A stretch of 63,828 bases of DNA, filler included, from Octopus bimaculoides (Eukaryota): NCBI RefSeq assembly GCF_001194135.2. It is 8 parts of 7 records of this genome, joined end to end, with 100 filler letters (N's around TTAATTAATTAA, not from the genome) between each part and the next. Parts side by side here need not be neighbours in the genome. Positions count along the whole stretch, not along the records: positions 12,386 to 28,065 come from NC_068993.1; 7 more parts are not named here. One strand, 5' to 3'. This document shows, piece by piece, positions 12,711-27,422 of this stretch. The first letter of the stretch is position 1. Every line of letters starts with the position of its first letter. Below the pieces are notes generated by a model. The model was not told the origin of the DNA. It saw nothing but the letters and a program-made list of their open reading frames with translations, and did no database searches. The translations under genes and the position numbers were made by a program.

Positions 12711-13218
12711 GGCCACCTCTCTATCTATTGCCGTTAATAGCCGACAATAATGCATCGTGGCTTTTGGCTCTGGCATTTGAAACTCTGAGTACTATTACAA
12801 CTTATTGTCCTAAACTAAATATGCGTGTGGATGTGTGTGTATATATNNNNNNNNNNNNNNNNNNNNNNNNNNNNNNNNNNNNNNNNNNNNNNNNNNNNNN
12901 NNNNNNNNNNNNNNNNNNNNNNNNNNNNNNNNNNNNNNNNNNNNNNNNNNNNNNNNNNNNNNNNNNNNNNNNNNNNNNNNNNNNNNNNNNNNNNNNNNNN
13001 NNNNNNNNNNNNNNNNNNNNNNNNNNNNNNNNNNNNNNNNNNNNNNNNNNNNNNNNNNNNNNNNNNNNNNNNNNNNNNNNNNNNNNNNNNNNNNNNNNNN
13101 NNNNNNNNNNNNNNNNNNNNNNNNNNNNNNNNNNNNNNNNNNNNNNNNNNNNNNNNNNNNNNNNNNNNNNNNNNNNNNNNNNNNNNNNNNNNNNNNNNNN
13201 NNNNNNNNNNNNNNNNNN

Positions 13219-13255
<37 letters not shown>

Positions 13256-14374
13256 TATATACATACATATATATATATTTATACATTATATACATACCTA
13301 CATATAAACATATACACACACGGTAGTACATATACACTTAGATATGTGTTTATGTTTACCTACATATGTATTTATATAAGTATACAAACATTTACGTAGA
13401 GACATATAGGTTAGTAAATGCGGAATTGTTTTGCGATCACGATTTAAGCTCGCGTTTATTTCCTTCTAATTCGAATCAATAGCTTTCCTCAGTCCATTAA
13501 CGCTTCAAATCCGTCTCCTCTTTATCACCGCGTCGTGTCGTTTCGTATATTATATTGTGGCGAAGTGGGTTGTTGTTACAAATGCATGTCTTACTGACGA
13601 GAAATATCACGTTTGTGTGTCCGGAGAAAATTCTTTGATTATGAAGTTCACAATCCCGTTGTTTACCTTGCAATTCACGTATTACATTCGTCGTCTGACG
13701 TATTTTCTATTGCTTGTTCCATTGCTGTCATTTCATGCTTATTCGCTTTCTTATTGTCAGGTTTTCTTCATTATTCTGACTATGATATTGTCGTTAAGCT
13801 GTTTATAATTACATATTCATTCATTCTGTAAATTGAGTGCATTTAGGTAATCCAGCGTTGTATATTTGAGATTTGTATATTATTTCAGGACAAATCTGTT
13901 CAACCTGCATAAGTAAGTTACTTAAATGTTTTCTTGTATTAGATTATAGTTTGGTCTACTGGGTTTCAGATCCTCATTACGAATTAATGATAATATTTGT
14001 GTTGCTTGTAATATTTCCATGTTTAAAGTATTGTTTCTACAGTTCCTTAAAACTCATACAAAAGCTTCCTGCGCAATGGTTCGTATTATTTTCTTTTTTT
14101 AAGATATTTTCACATAATCAATGTTTTACATTTTGTATAATCTTCACACCTATACACGCATACACACATGAACACAAACACACACATACAAATGCATATA
14201 CACACACACACACACGAATGGGTCCTTTAAGAAACATTTACCCAAGATCGGGACAGACATGAGAATAGAAGGGTCAATGAGACTGATAAAGAAACGGCTG
14301 AGCGCCTGGACGAATAGAGGGAAAGAGACAAAAAAGCAGGAGGCGTCATGAATCGGACACGCACGTGAATACAA

Positions 14375-14800
14375 ATTTGACTACGGCCACGCTGCAGCAC
14401 TGCCTGTAGTCGAGCAAATCGACCCCAGTATTATTCTTTGAAAGCCTAGTACTTATTCTACCGCTCTCTCTCACATATATATATATATGTGTGTGTGTAT
14501 ATATATGTATATANNNNNNNNNNNNNNNNNNNNNNNNNNNNNNNNNNNNNNNNNNNNNNNNNNNNNNNNNNNNNNNNNNNNNNNNNNNNNNNNNNNNNNN
14601 NNNNNNNNNNNNNNNNAACATATATACATATATATATGTATATATACTACGGGCTTCTTTCAGTTTCCGTCTAAGAAATCCACTAACAAGGATTTGGTCG
14701 GCCAGAGGCTATAGTAGAAGACACTTGCCCAAGGTGGCACGTAGTGGGACTGAACCCGGAACCATGTGATTGGTAAGGAAGCTACTTACCACACAGAGAC
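14375..14800 (-). mobile_element. SINE S1 copy (gap inside internal microsatellite)
   Basis: B module at 14375-14470 and A module/head at 14640-14800 match 1850-2228 in reverse. Confidence 0.75.
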
Positions 14801-15221
14801 CGATACATACGTACACATATTAACACACTCACACACACATATGTATATGTATATACAGTATCTTCTAGCAATAGATTATATGATATGGACGTTGTGATGA
14901 TTTGCGTGACATCTTCCTGACGTCACTGTTCTATGGAGCGACCACATAAAGAGCCTCGCTTCTATAACTAATCTGGTACATTTGCTCACTCCTCTAGCTT
15001 CTCGTCTGTTGCTTACACTTGTTGTTGTTGTTGTTATTCTTGTCGTTTCTTCTCTTACGAAACCGACATTTGGAATTGCCTCTGCCGATGATGATGATGT
15101 TGATTCGCTTCTTCCATTTCCGGAGAGAAAGTCATCGACACCATCGTCGTCATAGCAACAGTAGTAGCAGTAGTAGTAATAGTACTGGTACTCGTAGCAG
15201 CAGCAACAGCAGCAGAAATAG

Positions 15222-15276
<55 letters not shown>

Positions 15277-16379
15277 CACTACTACTACTACAACTACTAC
15301 TGCTGCTGCTGCTTCTGCTGCTGCTGCTGCCACTGCAGCTTGTATTTGATGGTGGGGCTGTTAATATAAATTTGTTCCGTCAGGAGATACCCTAAAATAT
15401 ATATATCGAAAGCTAACAAAATAAATATAAAAATCAATAGAATAGTAAAAATAAAAATTATATACATATATATATATATATATATAGAAATATATATATG
15501 CAAAACCANNNNNNNNNNNNNNNNNNNNNNNNNNNNNNNNNNNNNNNNNNNNNNNNNNNNNNNNNNNNNNNNNNNNNNNNNNNNNNNNNNNNNNNNNNNN
15601 NNNNNNNNNNNNNNNNNNNNNNNNNNNNNNNNNNNNNNNNNNNNNNNNNNNNNNNNNNNNNNNNNNNNNNNNNNNNNNNNNNNNNNNNNNNNNNNNNNNN
15701 NNNNNNNNNNNNNNNNNNNNNNNNNNNNNNNNNNNNNNNNNNNNNNNNNNNNNNNNNNNNNNNNNNNNNNNNNNNNNNNNNNNNNNNNNNNNNNNNNNNN
15801 NNNNNNNNNNNNNNNNNNNNNNNNNNNNNNNNNNNNNNNNNNNNNNNNNNNNNNNNNNNNNNNNNNNNNNNNNNNNNNNNNNNNNNNNNNNNNNNNNNNN
15901 NNNNNNNNNNNNNNNNNNNNNNNNNNNNNNNNNNNNNNNNNNNNNNNNNNNNNNNNNNNNNNNNNNNNNNNNNNNNNNNNNNNNNNNNNNNNNNNNNNNN
16001 NNNNNNNNNNNNNNNNNNNNNNNNNNNNNNNNNNNNNNNNNNNNNNNNNNNNNNNNNNNNNNNNNNNNNNNNNNNNNNNNNNNNNNNNNNNNNNNNNNNN
16101 NNNNNNNNNNNNNNNNNNNNNNNNNNNNNNNNNNNNNNNNNNNNNNNNNNNNNNNNNNNNNNNNNNNNNNNNNNNNNNNNNNNNNNNNNNNNNNNNNNNN
16201 NNNNNNNNNNNNNNNNNNNNNNNNNNNNNNNNNNNNNNNNNNNNNNNNNNNNNNNNNNNNNNNNNNNNNNNNNNNNNNNNNNNNNNNNNNNNNNNNNNNN
16301 NNNNNNNNNNNNNNNNNNNNNNNNNNNNNNNNNNNNNNNNNNNNNNNNNNNNNNNNNNNNNNNNNNNNNNNNNNNNNNN

Positions 16380-16418
<39 letters not shown>

Positions 16419-16677
16419 AAGAGAGAGAGAGAGATTGACAGAAATAGATAGATAGAAAGCTAAATAGACAGATAGATACATAGATACGTACATACATACT
16501 TACATACATATACATACATATATACATATGTACATACCTAGACTGAATGGTTGGAATATATATTGATATACATAAAACGGCATAGATATATGTGTATGTC
16601 TGTGTGTGAGTGTGTGTCTTTTTGTGTGTGCCTGTATGTGCGTACCTGTACGTGTGTATACTTCTATATATACATAC

Positions 16678-16712
<35 letters not shown>

Positions 16713-16722
16713 NNNNNNNNNN

Positions 16723-16758
<36 letters not shown>

Positions 16759-16795
16759 TTATACAAGTTCGTATATAACAATATATATGTATGCA

Positions 16796-16851
<56 letters not shown>

Positions 16852-17649
16852 TACAAATATATATTTAATATGTATCTTCTTACGTATAGAAACATAAAAC
16901 AGAGGCGTGTAGAGGCACACCAGCGGCCGCACACTCACATATACATACATATAAATATGCGTATTTACATTCATACACACCTTCACAGGTTAGGCAATCA
17001 TCTCGCTTTAAATATAATATTACTGTGTGTGTTTTTGATGTAGAGAATATAACACCTTTTGAATGAACTACATCTAATGAGTTTATGGACTTATTCAAAT
17101 TCTCTCCTCATATTTTCCATTTCGATGTTTTTGTTGTTGCTATGCCTTTTTGCGGTTGCCAGTGTTCTCTTTTATGATGTTATTATTTATCGCTATTTCA
17201 CTTTTAGTTTTATTTTTACTTTAGTTTTTTTTTAATTCTTTAATTCAGAATCAGGCATGGAAATCGAGCCGAGAAATATAATAGTTAAATAAATGAATAT
17301 AAATAAAATGATAAAACAGTAACAAAGCTGACTTTACTTTAAAAAAAAATTAAGATTATTATTATGATTGTTATTTATTATTATGATTACGGTTAGTGTT
17401 ATTATTATTATTATTATTAATATTAATATTAATATTATTATTATTATAAAATATTATTATTATTATTATTATTTGTTCGCTTGAACATCTGAATCCCCAA
17501 GAATAATTGACCGCGATTGGCACAAACTAACGAAGGAGAGTGTACATGATTGCAGGCCTTTTTAGAAATTACAGCGAAACTTCCAGATATTTGCGAGAGG
17601 TACGTGGCACAATTCAGTCTTACAGACACACAGACACACACACACACAC

Positions 17650-17820
17650 AGACTATTTCCCCGTGTTTTTCTCGTTGTCTCCGTATTCTTTCTGTTGAAG
17701 AGCGTAGCTCGAAACGTTAAAAACTTTCCGTATTCCCGAGCGTCATACTAATACATCCTTTTGTTGTTTACACCACCTGTCCTCGTCTGTTGTTGTTTTT
17801 TCGTACATTCTCCAATATGT
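17650..17820 (+). mobile_element. PLE-derived repeat with hammerhead at 17689-17721 (CUGUUGA)
   Basis: ttt-CTGTTGA-a-GAGC(gta)GCTC-GAAA-CGT-T-aaa; flanks homologous to 9660-9860. Confidence 0.7.
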
Positions 17821-18823
17821 ATGTATCATTAGATAGATGGAATGGAACAGCTGAAATTTTTTCTGACCATATATCTGCTAAGTTACAGCTGTCGTTTGTT
17901 CAAAGACTGAACAGCCAATACCTTCAGTCCTGCACAGGATTTCTGGTTGTCGTTTTCATTGTTGGTGTTGTTGTTAGTGTTTAACTTATTGTCACACTAA
18001 ACTGAATTCAACTTTGGCCAAACACTGCCTAGATGTGGCTAACACGCGTTTTCTAAAAGAACTTCGCATAACGCAAGATGTTAAATCATATCATTCATCT
18101 TCTGTGAGAAATATCGCGGTTCAGCAAGTCCTGGTTTGGGTGTTCAATAGCGGCTATCAGTAGTCGTGAAATGTTGAATTATAATGCATTAAAAACGTAT
18201 GAACATGGTTTGTCTCTCTTCGGGAATGGCCAAAATAGTAGTTGATAACTATTTGGACATATTTAATATTTACGCGTTGCTGTCTCCATAGAGTCTTACT
18301 AAATCAAAATAACAGGAAATGAGATTCTTGAACTAATATTCTGTTGTGAAAATTAAGGTTTTATTTTGACAAATTTTCAGGACTTTTATTGTACTCTAGC
18401 ATACATTTCGTAATGGTACTTTTGGACACGTTCTATTTCTTCTATCTACATTATCACTTGTTGAACTTATTATACATATATATTATAGTAGACCTCCAGT
18501 AGTTTTCAGCAACTTTCTCTAATGGAGTGTCTCCTACAGAGATTTAGTTGTTTACGTTGAATTTATGATAAACTGATTTTGGATCAGTGACAAACAGACA
18601 TTTTCCCCGTTTGGGTATTATTGCGCATAGAAGAATGTGTATACGTATGAATATGTGTCCATGTACGGTTGTAAGTAATTGTGAATATATATATGTGTGT
18701 GTGTATGTGTGTGATTGCCTATCTCCAGCCGACACAAACAGAGAAACGTAACTGAAAAGAACCAGTGTTTTCCGCAAAACAAAACCCATAAATATTTGCA
18801 CTGCTTGAGTTTCATATACTCAC

Positions 18824-18860
18824 TAGATATTTATATCAGCAGAAAGGCAGTAATAGGTGG
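18824..18860 (-). CDS. Candidate 37-nt coding exon of an unknown gene (xTYYCLSADINI)
   Basis: Minus strand aatgttttctacag|CCACC...ATCTA|gtgagt; only one frame is open; no partner exons found in this segment. Confidence 0.3.
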
Positions 18861-19623
18861 CTGTAGAAAACATTGTAATTAACGACGCTATTGTTCACAA
18901 ATACCGTTGTGAAATTGAAAATAAGATTGAAATTAATATAAGCATTATGAAATTTCATAATGTAATATTCATGTAGATTCAAATTCAAGAATATTTGATA
19001 AAGTTTGTCGATTGGTAAGTTGTCTAGCGCTGTCTTGTCAATGTCTTTATTGTTCAATTGTGTTTTTAGACAATGGAGATAGCAGTTCTATAAGGAAAGA
19101 CCACCTGCGTGTTACTGCTTACAGAAACCAGTCGTCACTAATGCTTCTGGTTCAATGTTATTTCGTTCTGTGGTGATAAGACATCTGCAGGTGATATCCG
19201 CCGACCACTGACACACACACACACACACATATATAATTTTATATATGTGCATATATATATATATATATATAATTATATATAGGTATATATATATATATTT
19301 ATATATACATATATANNNNNNNNNNNNNNNNNNNNNNNNNNNNNNNNNNNNNNNNNNNNNNNNNNNNNNNNNNNNNNNNNNNNNNNNNNNNNNNNNNNNN
19401 NNNNNNNNNNNNNNNNNNNNNNNNNNNNNNNNNNNNNNNNNNNNNNNNNNNNNNNNNNNNNNNNNNNNNNNNNNNNNNNNNNNNNNNNNNNNNNNNNNNN
19501 NNNNNNNNNNNNNNNNNNNNNNNNNNNNNNNNNNNNNNNNNNNNNNNNNNNNNNNNNNNNNNNNNNNNNNNNNNNNNNNNNNNNNNNNNNNNNNNNNNNN
19601 NNNNNNNNNNNNNNNNNNNNNNN

Positions 19624-19657
<34 letters not shown>

Positions 19658-19660
19658 CAG

Positions 19661-19713
<53 letters not shown>

Positions 19714-20437
19714 GTAAATGCATATGCTGGTATGTATGGATATTTCGATATGTAGTCACATATAGACATGCGTGTGTATATATGTATATATACCTATAAA
19801 TATGTGTGTGTGTATATATATACATATACATATACACACGCACACTGGCTCACATATATACACACATACATACATATATATGTCATATAAACATTATGCA
19901 TATATATATGTATTTAATCCTTTATGCATATACGTATGTATTTATGCATGTATGTACGTGTATATACACCAACCATTCATAATATCGAAAGCTGCTTTTA
20001 CGTCATAAGACTTGTAAGTGTCTCAAGTTGAACAGCAGGTGTCAATGTGATTAACCACCGAATTTTCCACTTATCTGTGAGTCTCTTTCGATAAATATTC
20101 TTTATCGCCATTATGTGATAAATATTTAATGCATTCTCCTCCTCTGTGTAATACATATAAGGATAAAGATCTAACTCCGATTATCTTTAGAACCGTTGGG
20201 AACTCTTAATAATGAAGAGCTCAGCTTAGATTAATCGAGATTATAATACCTCTCCTATATCCCTTCTAGCATTAATTTATTGCCAAACACAAAGGTCATG
20301 ACTCTGACGATATTTATTTTGCCTTCCTAAGGATATTTCGCAGTTATACTTTTAAAAGAGGAGATATGGGAGCGAGAGAGAGGAAGGGAAAGTGAGAGTT
20401 GGAGGCAGAGATAGATAGATAGATGGATAGATAGATG

Positions 20438-20553
<116 letters not shown>

Positions 20554-22117
20554 CTAATTCATAAATGTGTCCCCTGTTTATCGATCTTTCTACCAAACAC
20601 TGTTTTAATTTGTAACTATTTTCATAATAAAGCAAATAATTGACTATCGTTCAACATCAGCTGACCAGTTGAATGTTCACCGAAATTTCTAGATTTCACC
20701 CGAGGTAAAGAGAGTTATACATTGCATATTTTATTTGGGGTTGAACCGGAGATCGGTTTAACAGTTTATTTCATTCGTTTAGACTAGCCATGGAGACGAT
20801 GATCATTCCACATAATCCTGCTGAGATTAAAACTGTAACGCGTACATGCATGTGTGCTTAGCAACTATACTTATATACATATATACATACATATATGCAT
20901 ACATATATACATACACACGTACATACCTACATACATATATACATACATACAAACAAAACTACCCTGTTGCTGCTGTTGAAATTCCAATGAAGAAGCCTTG
21001 GATATAGGTTACAATATGTATATGACAGATTCCGAACACCAAATTCACTGATAAAGCGTGGGTTGGTCTGAGGCTATAGCGGAAGTTACTTTTCCAAGAT
21101 GCTGCGCTGCTGGCCTGAACAGAAGACCCCGTGTTCGCAACGGTAGAATCTATTGTTGCAACCAAGGGGTCCTTAACCACACAACTATAAGTAACCGGGT
21201 GTTAATTTGCATGAGAATGTGAAGGACTTAGAATTCGATGCCAAGGAAGTTGTCAAAATGTTTACATAATTGATTTGGCTTGAAGTTCAGGTCCTTGTTA
21301 CATTTATGTAGCTTCACAGTTAGGAAAATATGTGCGTAGACGCCTATCCTGTCTGTCCTTGTGTATCTATGCGTGCATGCAGATGCGTCTGTGTTTGGAT
21401 ATACATGTTTGTGTGTGCTTGGATATTAGCCCACAACCTGGTGTTTCTCGAGCTGAACAACTGCTATAAATGGCCAGCATTGTTTTAGTGAAAGCATATT
21501 CATTTTAATAGAACAATGGTTGATTTGCCATGGAAATCTGTCTTTCATGTACGAAGTTAAATGGTTTTTCCACTACATTTATAATACTCCGATATTTAAT
21601 GCACTGTTCTACAGATATTCATTCAATATGAATAATATATTTCGCAACTTAAATGTGTGACGTATAAGTTAATTCATGAATATTAAATAAAAACACAGAA
21701 TTAAGTGAAAGTGAAAGTGAAAGTAGTTATGTTTCATTTGTAACTATTATCGTTCAGAGTACATTCACTTTTATCCTGCTTCTTTTTAATTCTTAAAATA
21801 ATTCTTAATAATGAATGCAAAACGGTGTGAGTGGATGTAACGCACACAGGGAAATATAATCATTATTAAAACCTGTGAAAATCGGCAAGCTTGGGGAAAA
21901 CCAGCGCATTAAAATATTCGAATTGGTCAAATGTAAGGCAGTCAGTGACAAAGACTTGACATTAGTTTCCACGAAACATAGTCGATATATGTGATTTGCA
22001 CCGACTAATATACTGATCTGCTCCGAGTAACATACTGTTCGATATATATCCAGCATACTATTGGGAATGCTGGCTAATCCGAGGTGGTATCAATAAGTTA
22101 CCGCACTCTCTTTACTC

Positions 22118-22275
22118 TATACTCTTTTGCGTGTTTCAGTCATTTGACTGTGGCCATGCTGGAACACCGCCTTTAGTCGAGCTAATCGACCCCAGGACTT
22201 ATTATTTGTAAGCCTAGTAATTATTCTATCGGTCTCTTTTGCCGAACCGCTAGGTTACGGGGACGTAAACACACT
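22118..22275 (-). mobile_element. SINE S1, B module only
   Basis: gtttcagtcatttgactgtggccatgctggaacaccgcc...cctagtaattattctatcggtctc. Confidence 0.75.
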
Positions 22276-22899
22276 TTTTGATACAATTTCGTATCATATC
22301 AGAACATCAGATAAAATGATTTCTAATTTCAATTAGTTGTTTCCTAATTTTGAGCATTTTACATAATATTAATCTAAAGCATTGTTTGTCAACTATTCTT
22401 TATCTATTGATCCCTTTAATTACTATTTCATTCTGGTGGACGCCCTTAACCTTTCGATGCTTCAGAACTGATTCTATAGATGTCATTTCCAAAACTTTGA
22501 TGTTATTCACACATCAGCTTGAATAAGTTGAACTATGTGAAATGTTTGAGAAAGAAATTTAGCTGTTTCCTGTAATACATGCTTTTATATCATAACATTT
22601 TCATGAATCATAAAATATCAGTATATCCCTAATTTACTATTTTGCTAGCGTCGGTCCCCGAAAAATCTTCTGTGGATGCCTGGGGGCCATATGCACTCTG
22701 GTTGTGAATTGCTGGTCAAAAGCAAAGCGGGAATCCTCAAGATGTTGTCTTATAATCGACACTGGCTACTCTTGGAATTATTTATCCTTAATGCGTTTCG
22801 TACTTAAAACTGAAGCTTCTTCAATCGAAATTACTCATAGTTTGGGATGAGAGGAATCTTAAGTTTGATTACATTCTCTTCTTTGACACATTTACTTAA

Positions 22900-23800
22900 T
22901 AGGTTCGAAAATTTGTGATTTAAGCTTTTTGTGCCACTGTACAGCTACGTTGATTCAATTGAGGCAGCACGGTTATTAAGGAGCAGTTTTTTTTTATGAC
23001 TGACATCTATGCGACAGTAGATCTTGAAGATTCTATAAAAAATGTTCCAAACTTTTTGAAAAGAGGTATTTTTTGGGCAACGGCAGAGTCTACCCTTTCT
23101 GAACATTAGTTTCCTGGTAGTGTCTGCCACAACTGCTTTTAGATGCTGTAGAACTTAATATCTTTGAACGAAAGTATTGCTTTTCCATACAATCACTTCA
23201 TTGTTAGAAAATGAGCTTGTAGTTTGAAAGCACATTTCAGATCGATTTGTCTGCTGTCTTGACAACTGTACAAGTAGAGTTATATTTGTTATATCTATGA
23301 TGCCATTATTCATAGAATACAAGCTTCCATCTAAAGCGTATAACAAATGATTGGCAACTGACCGTATAGGTCATCTCGAAAAAGACGGACACACGTATTT
23401 AGACAGTGTGAAAATTTAAATTTGGTCGAAAGAAATGAGGATTTAAAGGAAATAAAAGTTTCATAGGCCTTTCTTCCATCTGGCAAAAACTTTTCCAGAA
23501 ACGCTATTGTAACATTACTCTTACGATGTTGTCTCGAAGTGTTTGGTCAAGGGTCTTTAATGCTCTAAAGTATACCATTTTATTATCATTCCGTACAATC
23601 AAGTAGTATCTCTGAGAAAGCTGTCTGATTCTAGAATTTTTGATGACTTTATAAATCCATTAGGCGTATCATTTGTATAAAGAAGTTTGTTAAACAATAT
23701 GTTTGTGCAGAATCCTTGTGGGACGCAAGTAAGAGCCACGCTTGAAGGAGCAACAACAACAGTACAGCGTTTATGTAAGTTCATGCCCGTGAATTTAAGT
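22900..23800 (-). mobile_element. Heavily decayed LINE reverse transcriptase remnant
   Basis: Minus frame VPQG..LFN..LYTND resembles the GVPQGS.LGP.LFN.Y.ND RT motif; downstream similarity is weak. Confidence 0.45.
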
Positions 23801-24699
23801 TAGGCCACGAGGAGATCTTCCAGAATTTTATTTTATTTGTAGAGGCTTAGACGGATCAAAAGAACGAGCATCACGGGTTCGTTTGCTCATGTATCGAGTT
23901 ATCCTGGTTAGACTTAGAGAAGAAATTCAAACCTAAACAAGCTCTCCTCAGTTACAACACTATCAAATGCATATCATAGATAGATGTACACGTTTGATTT
24001 ACCTATTTTACAAAATTACAGAGTCCAGTTTATAGTCTGAACCCATTAGATGTCTCCTCTTTTAAGTCGAATTATTATATTTTTGCAGATGTTGCATTTG
24101 ATTGATTGCGTTTCGAACCGTATGGATGTCCAGTATGAAAGACTGGTCCATCAGCATTTTACACATGATATTGCACGTGATCGCCATTTGTGGTGGTGTT
24201 GGCCGTGTCCCTATTTTTCTTGGTGGTGAGGGAGATATATAATGATGGATTTACATATTGTCGTTCTTGTTATTTGCCACTACTTCAGTTGTGAGAGAGC
24301 ACAATCATGATCAATGACCGTCGTTCTATATTTCAGACACACTGTATTGTGTGTTCCAATGTATAAGGCATCCATCCATTTTAAAGTCAACAAATGTGTA
24401 AGTGAAAAAGTATTTAGCTACTTTTTTCTAACGGCTAAAGTCAACATAGAGGTACATTATTGTAGACGGTGTCGCTGCAATCAGTTTTCTCCTATTTGCT
24501 GCAATTGTTTTTTCAGATTGAGCAGATGTATCATCGCAGCCACTTATTTCGTGATATCTGTGCTCTTTCAAATGTAGGTGTCGAGAACTATATACTACAA
24601 CATGGCCGTCCATTTTAAAGACGCGTGAGTGTGAATTAAGGGCGATTTAATAATTATTTTTAGCATATCGAAAGATCGTGAAGAATCCCGCTCCTGCAC

Positions 24700-25480
24700 T
24701 TGTTATCAGTGGTGTCGTGGTAATGGTGTTGTGATAGTGGGGTAATAATGGCATTAGTGGTATAAAGTGTATCTGTAGCAATTGTGGTAGTAGTACGATT
24801 ATAGTGGTGGTAGTAGTGGCGGGGGTGATTTGGGTAATGGTGGTAGTAGAGGTAGGAAAGATTTAAATGGCACTAGTAGTGGCGGTAGTAATAGCGGTAG
24901 TAATGGCGGTAGTAATGGTTCTAATGGTGGTAATGTTAATGGCAGTGATGGTGACACCCCTTGTGGTGGTAATGGTGGTGAAATTACTGATAGCGCCATG
25001 AATAATAATCGTGGTGGTAGTAATGTTGATAGAAAAGCTGGAGGAGGTGGTTTTAATAATGGTACTGGTGATGGTAGCGATAATACAGATAATGGTAGTA
25101 ATAACAACGGTGGTGGCAGAATTGCCGGTTATGGATGTAGAATTGCTCGTAGAAATGGTGGTGGTGGTGGCGGTGGTGGTGGTGGTGGTGGTGGTAGTGG
25201 TGGTGGTTGTGGTTGTTGTGACAGAGGTGTATGTGAGCGTCAGTAGCTTGAAAAATGGCGGATGTAGCGTTAGAGATAATGGCGGCGTTTTTAGCGGCGG
25301 AAAACGTATATAAGGTTCTGTAATTGTCAGAATGTTGGGGTCGGCGGTGAAATTGCTGGCTGTTGGTGATGGTGGAAATGATGACGTGCTGGATGTTCGG
25401 GTGATGATGCTGACAGCGTTACTGATGGAGGCAAGGTTGAGAGTGGTGCTGATGGGGGTACGATAATGTCGGTGCATCAA
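24700..25480. repeat. Degenerate (GGT/AAT/GAT)n trinucleotide low-complexity tract
   Basis: Continuous imperfect triplets that open frames on both strands. Confidence 0.85.
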
Positions 25481-25960
25481 GGTTTTGCAAAGTGATAACG
25501 TTCATAATAATATTCTCGGCATGCAATGTGCAGTGGGTTCAGGGATAATTGCAGCTATTTTACGGGATGCATCCGTAGCATTTGGTGCATTATATGCTTT
25601 TTCACATTTATAGCTTTTATAACCGTTATTGTAAAAAAATGCAAAGACTCTAAAAAATGTGTTATACGTTCACGGATTTGCATAAGTGAGTTGTGTGCGT
25701 AAATGTGGCAGCATACATATATATGTATATATATATATGTATGTATATGTGTGTATGAATATATGTATATANNNNNNNNNNNNNNNNNNNNNNNNNNNNN
25801 NNNNNNNNNNNNNNNNNNNNNNNNNNNNNNNNNNNNNNNNNNNNNNNNNNNNNNNNNNNNNNNNNNNNNNNNNNNNNNNNNNNNNNNNNNNNNNNNNNNN
25901 NNNNNNNNNNNNNNNNNNNNNNNNNNNNNNNNNNNNNNNNNNNNNNNNNNNNNNNNNNNN

Positions 25961-26026
<66 letters not shown>

Positions 26027-26539
26027 CATGTATATATATATATATATAAATATATATATATATACATATATATAATGGTTACCGATGGCCTTTTCCCCTT
26101 TTATGTGAGTGTATGTGTGTGAGAGAGAGAGACAGAGAGTGTGTATGTGTGTGTGGTGTAAAAATTCGAAAGACGGGAAAATATGGCAAAAATACAAAGT
26201 GTATTAGAAAGAATTCAGGAAAATTAAAATGAAATATCGTTTATATTTAGAGCATACGCTCTTCTACTTAAAGAAAAGACGAAGAGAGAAACGAAAACGG
26301 AAAGAGAAAAGAACAAAATTGTCTCAGTTAGACGGTCACCAAATATGTATATGGAAGCAGACATACACACAGGTGCACACAAACACATATAAGTGTAAAT
26401 ACGCACACAAACACACACATATACACATGCAATATTTATAAATGCACACCATGTATGATTACGCCCGCATTTATGCAAATGCATTTTCATCCGATATCTT
26501 TATGTATGTGTGCGTGAAAATATATGTACATCTGTATGC

Positions 26540-26613
<74 letters not shown>

Positions 26614-26703
26614 TTGCGTGTTTGCATATATGTATACACACATATATGCAGAAAAGCACATATGTACACACACACACACACTCTCTCTCTCTCTCTCTGT
26701 CTT

Positions 26704-26740
<37 letters not shown>

Positions 26741-26757
26741 CTCTCTCTCTCTCTCTT

Positions 26758-26799
<42 letters not shown>

Positions 26800-27388
26800 A
26801 CAACAGACACCCACAAATACACACGCACACACATATTATCACATTCTGATTAGAAATGAGGACCTCGTCAGATTTACCCGTTACATGTTCCGAGTCCTAG
26901 TATTGACATGTTGTCAGGGTGCGGTTAGCTAAATCCGTTAATGAACATTCGACAAGGAAATCAAAATGAATTGAATAATAGAAGTAATCTATAAGGTGAA
27001 AGCTTCATCACTGTTACAGATTCACAGAAAATTCGGTGTCGTTTGTTATTTACATTATTACAGAACGCACTACGACACGCAAATATGAGGCCATTCTTTG
27101 CATACATTAAAACAATACAGAGTACTGAATTATCTCACACCGGGTGCAAACCCGGAGAATAGGATATGCGCAAATGTAAATATACGTCATCTCCTTCTAG
27201 AATAGTCTACAGTTTTGTTTCATTGCTTTATATTGTTACATACTTGTTTTCATAATATATTTTCCAACTTCCATTTAATTTCATCAGTTTTACATTTTGC
27301 TTTTCAACTTTGAGCTTGGAAATGAATGAAATGTCTGGAGTGTGTCTTGTTGTGGCTACCCTCTCCTACAAAAATGGGGAATAGGCCT

Positions 27389-27422
<34 letters not shown>

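Noticed and set aside
13590-13640. CTGACGA...GAAAATTC as a hammerhead
   Set aside because: Stem I and stem II do not pair.
23710-23774. Plus-strand AG..GTAAGT exon candidate
   Set aside because: It overlaps the antisense strand of a LINE RT remnant, which explains the sequence.
24520-24580. Plus-strand acceptor followed by a hydrophobic frame
   Set aside because: The donor and frame are ambiguous and there are no partner exons.
24830-25246. Gly/Asn-rich ORF resembling a structural or prion-like protein
   Set aside because: It lies in a degenerate triplet tract that is open in several frames on both strands, and no splice context was found.
27131-27148. ccggg-tgcaaa-cccgg hairpin as a Helitron end
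   Set aside because: No CTRR terminus follows on either strand.
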